Assembly (NCBI GenBank): GCA_007376285.1
Contig: VMFZ01000004.1
Coordinates: forward strand, 300 to 64,299
Direction of reading: 5' to 3'
DNA from: Parcubacteria group bacterium Gr01-1014_17
Lineage (GTDB): Bacteria; Patescibacteriota; Minisyncoccia; Phycocordibacterales; UBA10002
Length of the DNA stretch: 64,000 bases
Shown here: in pieces, positions 29,083-37,914 of the stretch
Layout: the number at the start of each line of letters is the position of its first letter
How positions within the stretch are numbered: the stretch's first letter is position 1
Made by a program: the position numbers and the translations under genes
The notes under the pieces: model-generated
What the model was told of the DNA's origin: nothing
Database searches by the model: none
Seen by the model: only the letters and a program-made list of their open reading frames with translations

Positions 29083-29537
29083 GTGGCGATTTCTTAATCG
29101 TAAATCTCACTAAATGCACGACGCTCGGAACGCGGGCGCGTTTTCTGAATATAAAAAATAAAACGGTAGGTAGAGCGTTCTCCATATCTCTCGTCTTTGC
29201 AGGAGCGGCACAAATGCGCCGCTTGAACCGCGCATACCGCAAAAAATCTTACACGCCGAATGTTCTCTCGTTCCGTCTTGCGAAAAATGAAGGGGAAATC
29301 TTTATATGCCCATATGTTGCCGCGCGCGAAGCCCGCGCAGAAGGGGTTGCGCTCTCGGCACGGGTCGCATACCTCGTTATCCACGGTTTACTCCATTTGA
29401 AAGGATACGCGCATGGCGCTACAATGATTAAGTCAGAGGAGCGGCTGTGCAAATCTTTTAAATTGCCGCAACCTGCACATTCTAAATCGTGGCGCAAAAA
29501 ATCTCCTGCGGAATTGATATCGGCACCGACCGCGTAA
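29079..29537 (+). CDS. ybeY: rRNA maturation endoribonuclease YbeY
   Basis: HGLLHLKGYAH metal-binding motif. Confidence 0.8.
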   Translation: MSGDFLIVNLTKCTTLGTRARFLNIKNKTVGRAFSISLVFAGAAQMRRLNRAYRKKSYTPNVLSFRLAKNEGEIFICPYVAAREARAEGVALSARVAYLVIHGLLHLKGYAHGATMIKSEERLCKSFKLPQPAHSKSWRKKSPAELISAPTA

Positions 29538-30658
29538 AAGTGCTCATTATGGAGCAGGGCGTTCCTGTGCCGCATGTTTTGGGTTGCGGCTCTGCGGAAA
29601 GCGGAGGCGTACATCAAGGGTACATAGAGCATCCTGAAGAAACCGCGAATGCCGTGCGCGAGGCACTTTCTGTAGCGGCAAAAGCCGCGGGGGTAATGCC
29701 GCGGCGCGCCACAGTCGGAGCTGGTGGCATTGGGCTATCTTCAGTCACCGCAAACGGCGCTATTGTGGTTTCGCGCGCAGATGCTGAAATTACCGAACTT
29801 GACGCAAGCAAAGCAGTTGAGACGAGCCGCATTTCAATTCCGACATCTCTTCTTCAAAATAGGCGCATAATCCATACGACACCGCTCCAATACAAAGTTG
29901 ATGGAAAATCCGTGCCTACCTCCCCAGTCGGTTTTAAGGGCGCGAAGCTTGAAGTGCGTACATTTTTCGTTACCTGCATGGAACAACATCTTGAGAATCT
30001 TTTTGAAGCAGTGGAAACCGCGGGTATTGCCATAGAAGATGTGGTTGCAACACCGCTCGCGGCAAGTACCGCAACAATAACCCGCGCGCAAAAAGCCGCA
30101 GGAGTCGTGCTTGCGAACATCGGCTCAGAAACCGTGTCTATCGCAGTGTTTGAAAACGGATTGCCTGTTTCAATTGAAGTGTTTCCAGTAGGAAGCGTTA
30201 ATGTAACAAACGACATTGCGCTCGGGCTACGCATTCCTTTGGAAGAAGCCGAAAGCGTGAAGCGCGGGGCGATTATCGGCGCTTCGTTTCCGCAGAAAAA
30301 ACTTGATGAGATTATTGCGGCGCGGCTCACAGATATTTTTGAACTGATTGAAGCGCATCTTAAAAAAATGGGGCGAAGCGGTCTTCTCCCCGCAGGGGTC
30401 GTGCTCACCGGCGGCGGCTCGGCGCTTGCAACAATTGATGACCTTGCAAAAGCGGCGCTTAGGTTACCTGCGCGCATTGCGTCTGCAATTACCGGAGAAA
30501 GCGGAAAGAGCCAAATAAAAGACGCGAGTTGGTCCGTTGCCTACGGGCTTGCAGCAATGGGGCTCCAAGACGCGGCGCGCGGGCTTCCTTTGGGCATTGA
30601 AACCGCGCGCCGCGCCAAGCACACAGTGGTGGGGTGGTTTAAGCAATTTTTGCCGTAA
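29489..30658 (+). CDS. ftsA: cell division protein FtsA
   Basis: actin-like ISCGIDIGTDRVKVLIME; 389 aa. Confidence 0.9.
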   Translation: MAQKISCGIDIGTDRVKVLIMEQGVPVPHVLGCGSAESGGVHQGYIEHPEETANAVREALSVAAKAAGVMPRRATVGAGGIGLSSVTANGAIVVSRADAEITELDASKAVETSRISIPTSLLQNRRIIHTTPLQYKVDGKSVPTSPVGFKGAKLEVRTFFVTCMEQHLENLFEAVETAGIAIEDVVATPLAASTATITRAQKAAGVVLANIGSETVSIAVFENGLPVSIEVFPVGSVNVTNDIALGLRIPLEEAESVKRGAIIGASFPQKKLDEIIAARLTDIFELIEAHLKKMGRSGLLPAGVVLTGGGSALATIDDLAKAALRLPARIASAITGESGKSQIKDASWSVAYGLAAMGLQDAARGLPLGIETARRAKHTVVGWFKQFLP

Positions 30659-30838
30659 GAGCCGCTCGCATAGCTCCCGTGTCCGAACACGCATACCCGC
30701 CGCCAGCGCGGCGGGTTGCTCTGCTCGGCTCGGCGTTGTCAAGAGCCCTCGCTTCGCTCGGGTCGTTGACAAACCGTGCCGCCTCGCCTCCGCAAGGTCG
30801 CGGACACGGGACTATGCTCGCTTTTGTTTTCATTTCCG
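30659..30838. repeat. MITE-like element R copy 1 (~180 bp with ~22-bp terminal inverted repeats GCTCGCATAGCTCCCGTGTCCG / CGGACACGGGACTATGCTCGC)
   Basis: starts at the ftsA stop; ~95% identical to 33041..33228. Confidence 0.75.
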
Positions 30839-30873
30839 GCACCAGATGTCTGCAATTTAGACATCTGGTGCCT
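30839..30873. repeat. P element copy
   Basis: ggcaccagatgtctgcaatttagacatctggtgcc. Confidence 0.8.
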
Positions 30874-31026
30874 CGGGAGACACCCTGCCCGCTCGGCTCC
30901 TCGCCCGCCCGTACCGAATGGTACATTCGGGCGGGCCGTTCCGCAAAAGCACATTCCTCACTCTGTTTTTTTCACCATCTGTACATACAGACATTTTGCA
31001 AAATGTTTGTATAAAACAGGCAAAAG

Positions 31027-31058
31027 AAAACCCGCGACCGTTTGACGGTCGCGGGTAG
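31027..31058 (-). terminator. hairpin cccgcgaccg-tttga-cggtcgcggg downstream of the minus-strand gene 31076..31732
   Basis: 10-bp GC stem; A-tract on the plus strand equals a U-tract on the minus strand. Confidence 0.6.
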
Positions 31059-31075
31059 GATTGAATGTGAAGAAA

Positions 31076-31732
31076 TCATGCTTTCCGCTTCTGCTCGTAG
31101 CCGGGTTCTTCCCAAACCTCAACATAATATTCCTCTCCATCTCCCCGGACAACCAAGAATGGATCCCTCTGCACTTTCTCCACGATCATCTCGTCGATGA
31201 AAAAAGTTGCACCGCACACGCGCTGGTGAATCTCTTTGGCGGTAGCCAATGCGAATCCGGGTACAGGACCGCTATACTCCTTGAGTGGAGTAATTTTCCA
31301 GAACGCCCTGTCTTTAGTAGACATGGAGCACACGAGAATGATGAACAGAACGACAAACATGGCGACGAAACCGGAAGCACAAACTGAACTAATCGTCTTG
31401 ACCAAGCCAGCATCATTTGAGACAAAGATTATTGAACTTGCAACCGCCAAAACGATAGATACTCCAAAAAACTTAAACAGCGGAATTAATCTGTTGTCGT
31501 CCCCGAATTTCTTTATCTGCTCTTCTTTGTATTTCCGCACCGAATCGTGACTGAATGGAGTGATACCGGCAATACGCAATGCACATGCAAGCGACCCCTC
31601 CTTGCAGAGTTTTTCTTTTTGAGGATGGTGGTAGCCCAATTGTTCGTGGGCATAGTCCAAGACATCCTGTGTCATGGCTTCTTCTGGATCAATTTTTGGC
31701 AAAGAACGCCGTTCGAGTGTGGTAGTATTCAT
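31076..31732 (-). CDS. hypothetical membrane protein inserted between ftsA and ftsZ on the opposite strand
   Basis: 218 aa with two hydrophobic helices in the middle; no recognised domain. Confidence 0.5.
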   Translation of the reverse strand: MNTTTLERRSLPKIDPEEAMTQDVLDYAHEQLGYHHPQKEKLCKEGSLACALRIAGITPFSHDSVRKYKEEQIKKFGDDNRLIPLFKFFGVSIVLAVASSIIFVSNDAGLVKTISSVCASGFVAMFVVLFIILVCSMSTKDRAFWKITPLKEYSGPVPGFALATAKEIHQRVCGATFFIDEMIVEKVQRDPFLVVRGDGEEYYVEVWEEPGYEQKRKA

Positions 31733-31884
31733 CTTTCTCCCGTCCTTTCTTTATTTGTTGTTATTCGTTGGAACTTGCAGTGTAGGTAAAGACACACATC
31801 TTTATCTGGGTCAGAGTATAGCACACCCCATTTTTCCTGTCAACTCTTTTTTTTAAGAAAGGGTGATATGATGCCCGTACATTT

Positions 31885-33039
31885 ATGCCTTTAATTACAC
31901 CGGATGTAGAAGCGTTTGCGCGGATAAAAGTGTTCGGTATCGGCGGCTCGGGCAAAAATGCCTTGAACCATATGATCAACTCCAAGGTCAAAGGAGTTGA
32001 GTTTGTCGCAATCAACACAGACGCGCAAGACCTGCATAACACGCTCGCCAAAAAGAAAATCCATATTGGAAAGAATGTTACGCGCGGGTTGGGCGCCGGT
32101 ATGAATCCTGAAGTGGGCAAGCGCGCCGTTGAAGAAACGAAAGAAGAAATACAGGAAGCGACGAAAGGCGCGGATATGGTGTTCATTGCTGGCGGGCTCG
32201 GCGGCGGCACTTTCAGCGGCGCCGCGCCCATGGTAGCCAAAACCGCGAAAGAACTCGGTGCGCTTACTGTCGCGGTAACGACTAAGCCGTTCTTTTTTGA
32301 GGGCTCGCAGAGAATGAAAATTGCGGAGCAGTGGCTTGAAGAACTCCGTAAGAGCGTTGACGCAATTATTATCATTCCGAATGACCGCTTGCTCGCTTCC
32401 ATCACCAAAGACACGACCGCCAAAGCCGCGTTCGGCACCTGCGACGAAGTGCTCCGGCAAGCCGTGGAAGGAATTTCTGACTTGATTACTACGCCGGGTA
32501 TTATCAACTTGGACTTTGCAGATATTCGTGCGATTTTGGAAAATGCTGGCTCGGCGCTTATGGGCATAGGGAGCGCAACCGGCGACAAACGCGCCGAGGA
32601 AGCCGCGAAAGCCGCCATCAATTCCCCGCTTCTTGAAGTGTCCATCAACGGCGCGAAGGGCGTGCTCTTCTCTATTGCGGGCGGCGACGACCTCACGATG
32701 TTTGAAATACAAGAGGCCGCAAAGATTATTACGGAATCAATAGACCCGAATGCCAAAGTGATTTTCGGCACCATCCGCGATGAAAAGCTAAAGAAAGGCG
32801 AAATTAAAATTACAGTCATTGCATCTGGCTTTCCAGAAAGCGCACTGCCGCGCAAATCGCTTTTTACCGGACTTATGAATAGCGGCGCAGACGACGACAA
32901 GCGCGGGAAGCAGAACACGGTTTCTGCATCTGCTTCCATTATTACCAAAGAAACAAAGTCGGACGAGAAAAAAGGGTCCGCTAGCGAAGACGACGACTGG
33001 GGTTCTGTGCCTGCGTTTCTAAGACGGGCGAAGAAGTAA
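31885..33039 (+). CDS. ftsZ: cell division protein FtsZ
   Basis: GGGTGSG-like GLGGGTFSGAAP, NTDAQDL, tubulin signature. Confidence 0.95.
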   Translation: MPLITPDVEAFARIKVFGIGGSGKNALNHMINSKVKGVEFVAINTDAQDLHNTLAKKKIHIGKNVTRGLGAGMNPEVGKRAVEETKEEIQEATKGADMVFIAGGLGGGTFSGAAPMVAKTAKELGALTVAVTTKPFFFEGSQRMKIAEQWLEELRKSVDAIIIIPNDRLLASITKDTTAKAAFGTCDEVLRQAVEGISDLITTPGIINLDFADIRAILENAGSALMGIGSATGDKRAEEAAKAAINSPLLEVSINGAKGVLFSIAGGDDLTMFEIQEAAKIITESIDPNAKVIFGTIRDEKLKKGEIKITVIASGFPESALPRKSLFTGLMNSGADDDKRGKQNTVSASASIITKETKSDEKKGSASEDDDWGSVPAFLRRAKK

Positions 33040-33040
33040 A

Positions 33041-33228
33041 GGGCGCTCGCATAGCTCCCGTGTCCGAACACGCATACCCGCCGCCAGCGCGGCGAGTTGC
33101 TCTGCTCGGCTCGGCGTTGTCAAGAGCCCTCGTCCGCCTAAGGTGGACTCGGGTCGTTGACAAACCGTGCCGCCTCGCCTCCGCAAGGTCGCGGACACGG
33201 GACTATGCTCGCTTGCGTTTTTCTTTCT
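33041..33228. repeat. MITE-like element R copy 2
   Basis: same TIRs; carries a 16-bp extra apical segment relative to copy 1. Confidence 0.75.
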
Positions 33229-33263
33229 GGCACCAGATGTCTGCAATTTAGACATCTGGTGCC
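33229..33263. repeat. P element copy
   Basis: ggcaccagatgtctgcaatttagacatctggtgcc. Confidence 0.8.
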
Positions 33264-33334
33264 TCTCTATCCAAGTATTTTGCAAAATATTTGTAGGGAC
33301 TAATTCGTGAGAATTAGAGAATAGACAAAGAAAA

Positions 33335-33366
33335 ACCCGCGACCATATTTCAGATCGCGGGTTTTA
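33335..33366 (-). terminator. hairpin acccgcga...tcgcgggt downstream of the minus-strand gene 33391..34038
   Basis: 8-bp GC stem plus T-tract. Confidence 0.5.
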
Positions 33367-33390
33367 GTTAGATGGTATTTCCAAATCCAC

Positions 33391-34038
33391 CTAACATGAC
33401 ACCAGTCCAGCTTCGCGTAGGGTGCGATCGAGGAACTGCGCTTTCACTAACACCTGCCGTGCGAGGTCTCGTCGGCTGCTATAATACATCGGTGCACTCA
33501 GCAAGAGTTGGAACGAAGCGAAGCCGAGACCGCCGAGGATGCCCCACTTCAGGAAAGTGAGGAACATTCCCAGATTCATTCCCAGATTGAAGACCGCTTT
33601 GTTGATCTGTGTCTCGCTGTAGTAGCCGATCGCGAAGATCACCATGGCAGCGATCACCGGAATCAAGAACGTCATGCCGAACTGGAACTTAGGAAACCTC
33701 ACGGGTGAGGCCATGTGTATGTAGCTCGGAATGCGGCCCATGATAATCCAGTCGTCGAGCGACAGGACATTCTTGAGGTGTTCTGTGGTGCTCTCCGCTT
33801 CGCGCTGATACTTCTTCGAGCAACACGCATTGTTATGGAAGTACGGGAAACGAATGCGTAGGTTCTCCTTCACGAGCGGCTCCACAACTTGTTCGAAGGT
33901 GTAGCGTCCAAGGAGTACTTCGTTGACGACAGGGGCCTTTTGCTTCCATATTTCGACGAGATTGAAGAGGGATTGCCTTCTGTCCACATATTCGGGGAGC
34001 GATACTGCTTCACGGACGGATGAGTAGAATTCACTCAT
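33391..34038 (-). CDS. hypothetical membrane protein
   Basis: 215 aa; C-terminal half has 3 hydrophobic helices. Confidence 0.45.
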   Translation of the reverse strand: MSEFYSSVREAVSLPEYVDRRQSLFNLVEIWKQKAPVVNEVLLGRYTFEQVVEPLVKENLRIRFPYFHNNACCSKKYQREAESTTEHLKNVLSLDDWIIMGRIPSYIHMASPVRFPKFQFGMTFLIPVIAAMVIFAIGYYSETQINKAVFNLGMNLGMFLTFLKWGILGGLGFASFQLLLSAPMYYSSRRDLARQVLVKAQFLDRTLREAGLVSC

Positions 34039-34314
34039 AATTTTCCTTTCGTTATTGATTTTTTTACCAAAGAACTTTCACTACTAGCCTAGCATAAGAT
34101 ATATATCTTGTCAAGTTGTTGTACTCGTCCGTAACATACGGCCCTATAAAGCCCTATTTCAATAGGCGGTGGGAAAACGAAAACACCGCCCTTGCGGGCG
34201 GTGTTTTCTATCCAACTGACGAAAGCACAGAATGCCATCGCCGGACTTGGTATGCAGTGAGTATAGCAAACGCTTATTTTGTGTCAAGTTGTTCTGTGGA
34301 TAACACTCTCGTAC

Positions 34315-34383
34315 AGCCGGTAGAGGGATTCGAACCCTCGTCAGTCGGAATACCAAGTCCGACAACGGAACCATCCTACCGGC
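34315..34383 (-). tRNA. tRNA-like gene, possibly tRNA-Thr (GGU), with a shortened D-arm
   Basis: 7-bp acceptor GCCGGUA/UACCGGC, canonical T-arm GAGGG-UUCGAAU-CCCUC, anticodon loop UUGGUAU. Only 69 nt, with D region GGAUGGUUCC. Its 5' end abuts the TTG start of trxB. Confidence 0.4.
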
Positions 34384-35364
34384 TTGAGTAAAAGTATATC
34401 ATATTCATTTTTTGATTTGCTTTCATGTTATACTTTTTCTATGACTTACGACTTAGCTATTATTGGCGGAGGACCGGCTGGCGTGGCGGCAGGAGTGTAT
34501 GCGGCGCGGAAGAAATTGAAGACGGTTTTTATTACGAAGGACTGGGGCGGGCAGAGTAGCGTTTCTACTGGTATTGAAAACTGGATAGGAACGGTGCGGT
34601 TGGACGGCGCGGAACTGGCGAAAAATCTGGAAGTGCACCTGCGCGCGTACATAGCCGATACGGTTACGATACAAGACGGCGAATGGGTACAGCATGTCGC
34701 GCAAAATGGCGCGGATTTTCGCATTACAACCGACGCGGGTGCATATGACGCGCGCGCGGTCCTTGTTGCAACAGGGAGCGCGCGCCGAAAACTGCAAGCA
34801 AAAGGCGCGGACCGGCTAGAGCATAAAGGAATCACCTACTGCGCGTCTTGCGACGGACCTGTGTTTGCGGGGAAAAATGTGGCAGTTATAGGCGGCGGCA
34901 ATGCGGCGTTTGAAACCGCGGCACAGCTCCTCGCCTACTGCCCGACGGTTACTATTATTCATCGACGCGATTCATTTAAGGCAGATGAGATTATTGTTGA
35001 GCGCGTGCTTGCGAACCCAAAAACACGCGTCATTAAAAATGCAGACATTACTGAAGTGAAAGGCGAAAAGTTCGTTCAAGAAATTATATACAAAGACAAA
35101 ACAACTGGCGTGGAACAATCGCTCGCAGTGGAAGGCGTCTTTGTAGAAATCGGCTCAACCCCCGCGACGGATTTCGTTGCGGAGATTGTGAAGCGAAACC
35201 ACTATAATCAAATTATTACTGACTCGAAGACGCAACGCGCGAGTATAGAGGGCGTTTGGGCAGCCGGTGACTGCACCGACGGCTTATACCACCAAAACAA
35301 CATTGCCGCGGGCGACGCCGTCAAAGCGCTGGAGGATGTTTATTTATACTTGCATGGGAAATAA
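34384..35364 (+). CDS. trxB: thioredoxin-disulfide reductase-like FAD/NAD(P) oxidoreductase
   Basis: AIIGGGPAGVAAGVYAARK FAD site, redox CASC, NAD site VAVIGGGNAAFE; TTG start. Confidence 0.8.
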   Translation: MSKSISYSFFDLLSCYTFSMTYDLAIIGGGPAGVAAGVYAARKKLKTVFITKDWGGQSSVSTGIENWIGTVRLDGAELAKNLEVHLRAYIADTVTIQDGEWVQHVAQNGADFRITTDAGAYDARAVLVATGSARRKLQAKGADRLEHKGITYCASCDGPVFAGKNVAVIGGGNAAFETAAQLLAYCPTVTIIHRRDSFKADEIIVERVLANPKTRVIKNADITEVKGEKFVQEIIYKDKTTGVEQSLAVEGVFVEIGSTPATDFVAEIVKRNHYNQIITDSKTQRASIEGVWAAGDCTDGLYHQNNIAAGDAVKALEDVYLYLHGK

Positions 35365-35365
35365 A

Positions 35366-35438
35366 TGGGCGGTATAAGAATTGCACTTATTGCCTCCTCG
35401 ACGTCAACGAGGCGCTCTGCTAAATGAGCTAACCGCCC
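35366..35438 (-). tRNA. tRNA-Val (GAC) with non-canonical T-loop UGCAAUU
   Basis: acceptor GGGCGGU/ACCGCCC, D-stem GCUC/GAGC, anticodon loop UUGACGU, A73. The D-loop lacks GG. Confidence 0.7.
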
Positions 35439-35470
35439 ATACTGACGCGAGTTTATATCAAAAACTCGCA

Positions 35471-35561
35471 TGGCGGAAGGGGTGGGATTCGAACCCACGT
35501 TGGGCTTGCGCCCACATCCGATTTCGAGTCGGTGCCGTTATGACCACTTCGGTACCCTTCC
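35471..35561 (-). tRNA. tRNA-Ser (CGA), class II with long variable arm, CCA encoded
   Basis: acceptor GGAAGGG/CCCUUCC, G73, anticodon loop CUCGAAA, variable arm GUGGGCGCAAGCCCAAC, T-loop UUCGAAU. Confidence 0.85.
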
Positions 35562-35624
35562 ATCGCAATTTTTTAACTATATCATTTTTTGAGATTTTCT
35601 CAAAAAGTGTTATGCTTTTCGCAC

Positions 35625-35699
35625 GGCCCTATCGTCTAGCCTGGCCTAGGACGCGAGCTTTTCAAGCTTGAAACCCGGGTTCGAATCCCGGTGGGGTCA
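35625..35699 (+). tRNA. tRNA-Glu (UUC)
   Basis: D-arm GUCUAGCCUGGCCUAGGAC is typical of Glu; anticodon loop UUUUCAA; T-loop UUCGAAU. Confidence 0.85.
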
Positions 35700-37220
35700 A
35701 TGAATCTCATAGAACTCCTTGAACCGAAACCGGAAAATGGGGAGCGGCCGTTTGTATTTTGGATGCAAAAACACGCGGCAGTGATGGTGCTTTTGGTGTC
35801 GCTGTTTGCTTTATATGGATTTTTCCTTACGCATAAAATTGATTTAACTACAGCCGACATCGGGAGGCACATCAAAAACGGAGAAATAATGTTTAAGGAC
35901 TCAGCTGTTCTTTCCAAAAACTACTACTCGTACACGAATCCGGATTTTCCTGTTTTAAACCACCACTTTGCAAGTGGCGCGCTATTTTACTTCGCGTATA
36001 AACTCGGTGGATTTCCGGCGGTACAGCTTTTTTTTATTCTACTTTCTTTTTCCGCATTCGCTGTATTTCTCCTTGCATCGCGCGGACGCGCGCAATGGGG
36101 CATCATTGGTTTTGTTGCGCTTCTTGCAATCCCTCTCCTTGGTGAACGGACCGAGATTCGCCCAGAGGTCTGGAGCTATCTTTTTGCCGGATTATTTTTT
36201 TTCGTACTATCGCGCGCTTCGCGTAGCGCGCACACCAAAACCCTTTGGCTTTTGCCGCTTCTGGAAATATTCTGGGTAAATACGCATATATATTTTCTGC
36301 TGGGACCGCTTTTGGTTGGCGCGTTTTTGGTAGAAGCGCTTTTACAAAAACGCATTGCTTTTTTGCGTCTATTTGCTGTATTTGGAACTACACTTGCGGC
36401 GATGTTTGTAAACCCATTTGGTTACCGTGCCATTACTGAAGCCGCAGGTATTTTTGAAAATTACGGGTACCGAATTGCGGAAAATCAATCGGTTTGGTTT
36501 TTGGAACAGCTCGGCATGCACAATCCGAACTTTCTTATATTTCAAATCGCGCTCGCACTGCTTGTACTATCTTATGTTGTTGTGCTTATAAAAAATCGCG
36601 CAGAGTTTCATCTCGCGCACTTTTTTGTTATGGCTGGCGTCGGCACGCTTGCTGTGTTTGCGACACGGAACTTTGCGCTCTTCGGACTTTTTCTTATTCC
36701 AATACTTTCAGAAAATATTACAGGTGCGTGGAAAAACCGCGGAGCGCATATACAATTGGAGCAGAGTGCGGCGTTTTGCGCTGTACTAATTTTCGCACTT
36801 TTTGTTATATTTTCCATACCGCGCCAATTCCCATACTGGCGAACATTCGGCATCGGGCTTGAATCTGGCAACAGTGCTGCGGAGAATTTTCTGCGCGAAA
36901 ACAAAATCCAAGGACCTTATTTCAATAACTACGACATCGGCGGATATCTTATTTTTCATCTATTTCCACGAGAAAAAGTGTTTGTAGACAACCGTCCTGA
37001 AGCGTACCCTGCGGCATTTTTCCAAAATGAATACATCCCAATGCAGGAAAACGAAGAAAAATGGAAAGAAGCGCTCGCACGCTATAACTTTAATGCGATT
37101 GTGTTTTCACAAAGAGACGCAACGCCGTGGGGACAAAAATTTCTCATCGCGCGCGTGCAAGACCCGCAGTGGGCGCCTGTGTTTGCCGACGGTCGGATTA
37201 TTATTTTTACGCGCCGATAA
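35700..37220 (+). CDS. polytopic membrane protein, GT-C-like (polyprenol-phosphate-sugar-dependent glycosyltransferase candidate)
   Basis: ~12 predicted TM helices over 507 aa. The ATG is immediately after tRNA-Glu. Its stop overlaps the GT2 start (TAATG). Confidence 0.5.
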   Translation: MNLIELLEPKPENGERPFVFWMQKHAAVMVLLVSLFALYGFFLTHKIDLTTADIGRHIKNGEIMFKDSAVLSKNYYSYTNPDFPVLNHHFASGALFYFAYKLGGFPAVQLFFILLSFSAFAVFLLASRGRAQWGIIGFVALLAIPLLGERTEIRPEVWSYLFAGLFFFVLSRASRSAHTKTLWLLPLLEIFWVNTHIYFLLGPLLVGAFLVEALLQKRIAFLRLFAVFGTTLAAMFVNPFGYRAITEAAGIFENYGYRIAENQSVWFLEQLGMHNPNFLIFQIALALLVLSYVVVLIKNRAEFHLAHFFVMAGVGTLAVFATRNFALFGLFLIPILSENITGAWKNRGAHIQLEQSAAFCAVLIFALFVIFSIPRQFPYWRTFGIGLESGNSAAENFLRENKIQGPYFNNYDIGGYLIFHLFPREKVFVDNRPEAYPAAFFQNEYIPMQENEEKWKEALARYNFNAIVFSQRDATPWGQKFLIARVQDPQWAPVFADGRIIIFTRR

Positions 37221-37909
37221 TGAACCAGTTGCTTTCAATCATCGTGCCAGCATACAACGAGGAGAAAACCATCGCTCGCGTATTGGCGCGGCTTATCGCA
37301 CTTTCATTTCCAAAAGGCGCGCTTGAAATTATCGTAGTGAATGACGGCTCAACTGACGGTACTGCCGCCGTGCTTGCGCAATTTCTCCAGAAAATCATTC
37401 TCATTTCGCATACGCAAAACCGCGGGAAGGGCGCGGCCATGCGCGCGGGCCTTGCCCGCGCGCATGGCCTGTACACAATCGCGCAAGACGCGGATGCGGA
37501 ATATGCGCCGGAAGAAATTCCTGCACTACTTGCAGAACTGCAAAATAGTCCCGACGCGGACGCGCTCTACGGCTCGCGGAACCTAACGCCAACTGGCCGC
37601 GGTTATGCGCATTATGTACTGGGCGCGTGGCTCCTGACGAAATGCGTCAATCTCGTTTTCCGCGCGCATCTAACCGACACTTATTCGTGCTACAAAATTA
37701 TGCGCACCGACTTATTCCGCTCGCTTAACCTAGCAAGCAACGGATTTGAAATTGAAATGGAAATCACGGCGCGACTCCTCAAAAACAAAAAGAAAATAAT
37801 TGAAGCGCCTATCTCGTACGCGCCGCGCGCGTTCCAGGAAGGTAAAAAAATCCGCTGGTTCGACGGCATTCGCGGGTTAGCGACGCTTCTACGCATCGTG
37901 TTAGAGTAG
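37220..37909 (+). CDS. family 2 glycosyltransferase (polyprenol-phosphate glycosyltransferase, DPM1/ArnC-like)
   Basis: IIVPAYNEE, VVNDGSTDGT, GKGAAMRAG, IAQDADAEY (DXD). Confidence 0.85.
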   Translation: MNQLLSIIVPAYNEEKTIARVLARLIALSFPKGALEIIVVNDGSTDGTAAVLAQFLQKIILISHTQNRGKGAAMRAGLARAHGLYTIAQDADAEYAPEEIPALLAELQNSPDADALYGSRNLTPTGRGYAHYVLGAWLLTKCVNLVFRAHLTDTYSCYKIMRTDLFRSLNLASNGFEIEMEITARLLKNKKKIIEAPISYAPRAFQEGKKIRWFDGIRGLATLLRIVLE

Positions 37910-37914
37910 TTTGT

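Noticed and set aside
30679-31045. Small ORFs (for example MSEHAYPPPARRVALLGSALSRAL...) inside the MITE-like element, present in both copies
   Set aside because: They are a repeat-derived duplication with TIR/hairpin structure, not independent evidence of coding. No RBS.
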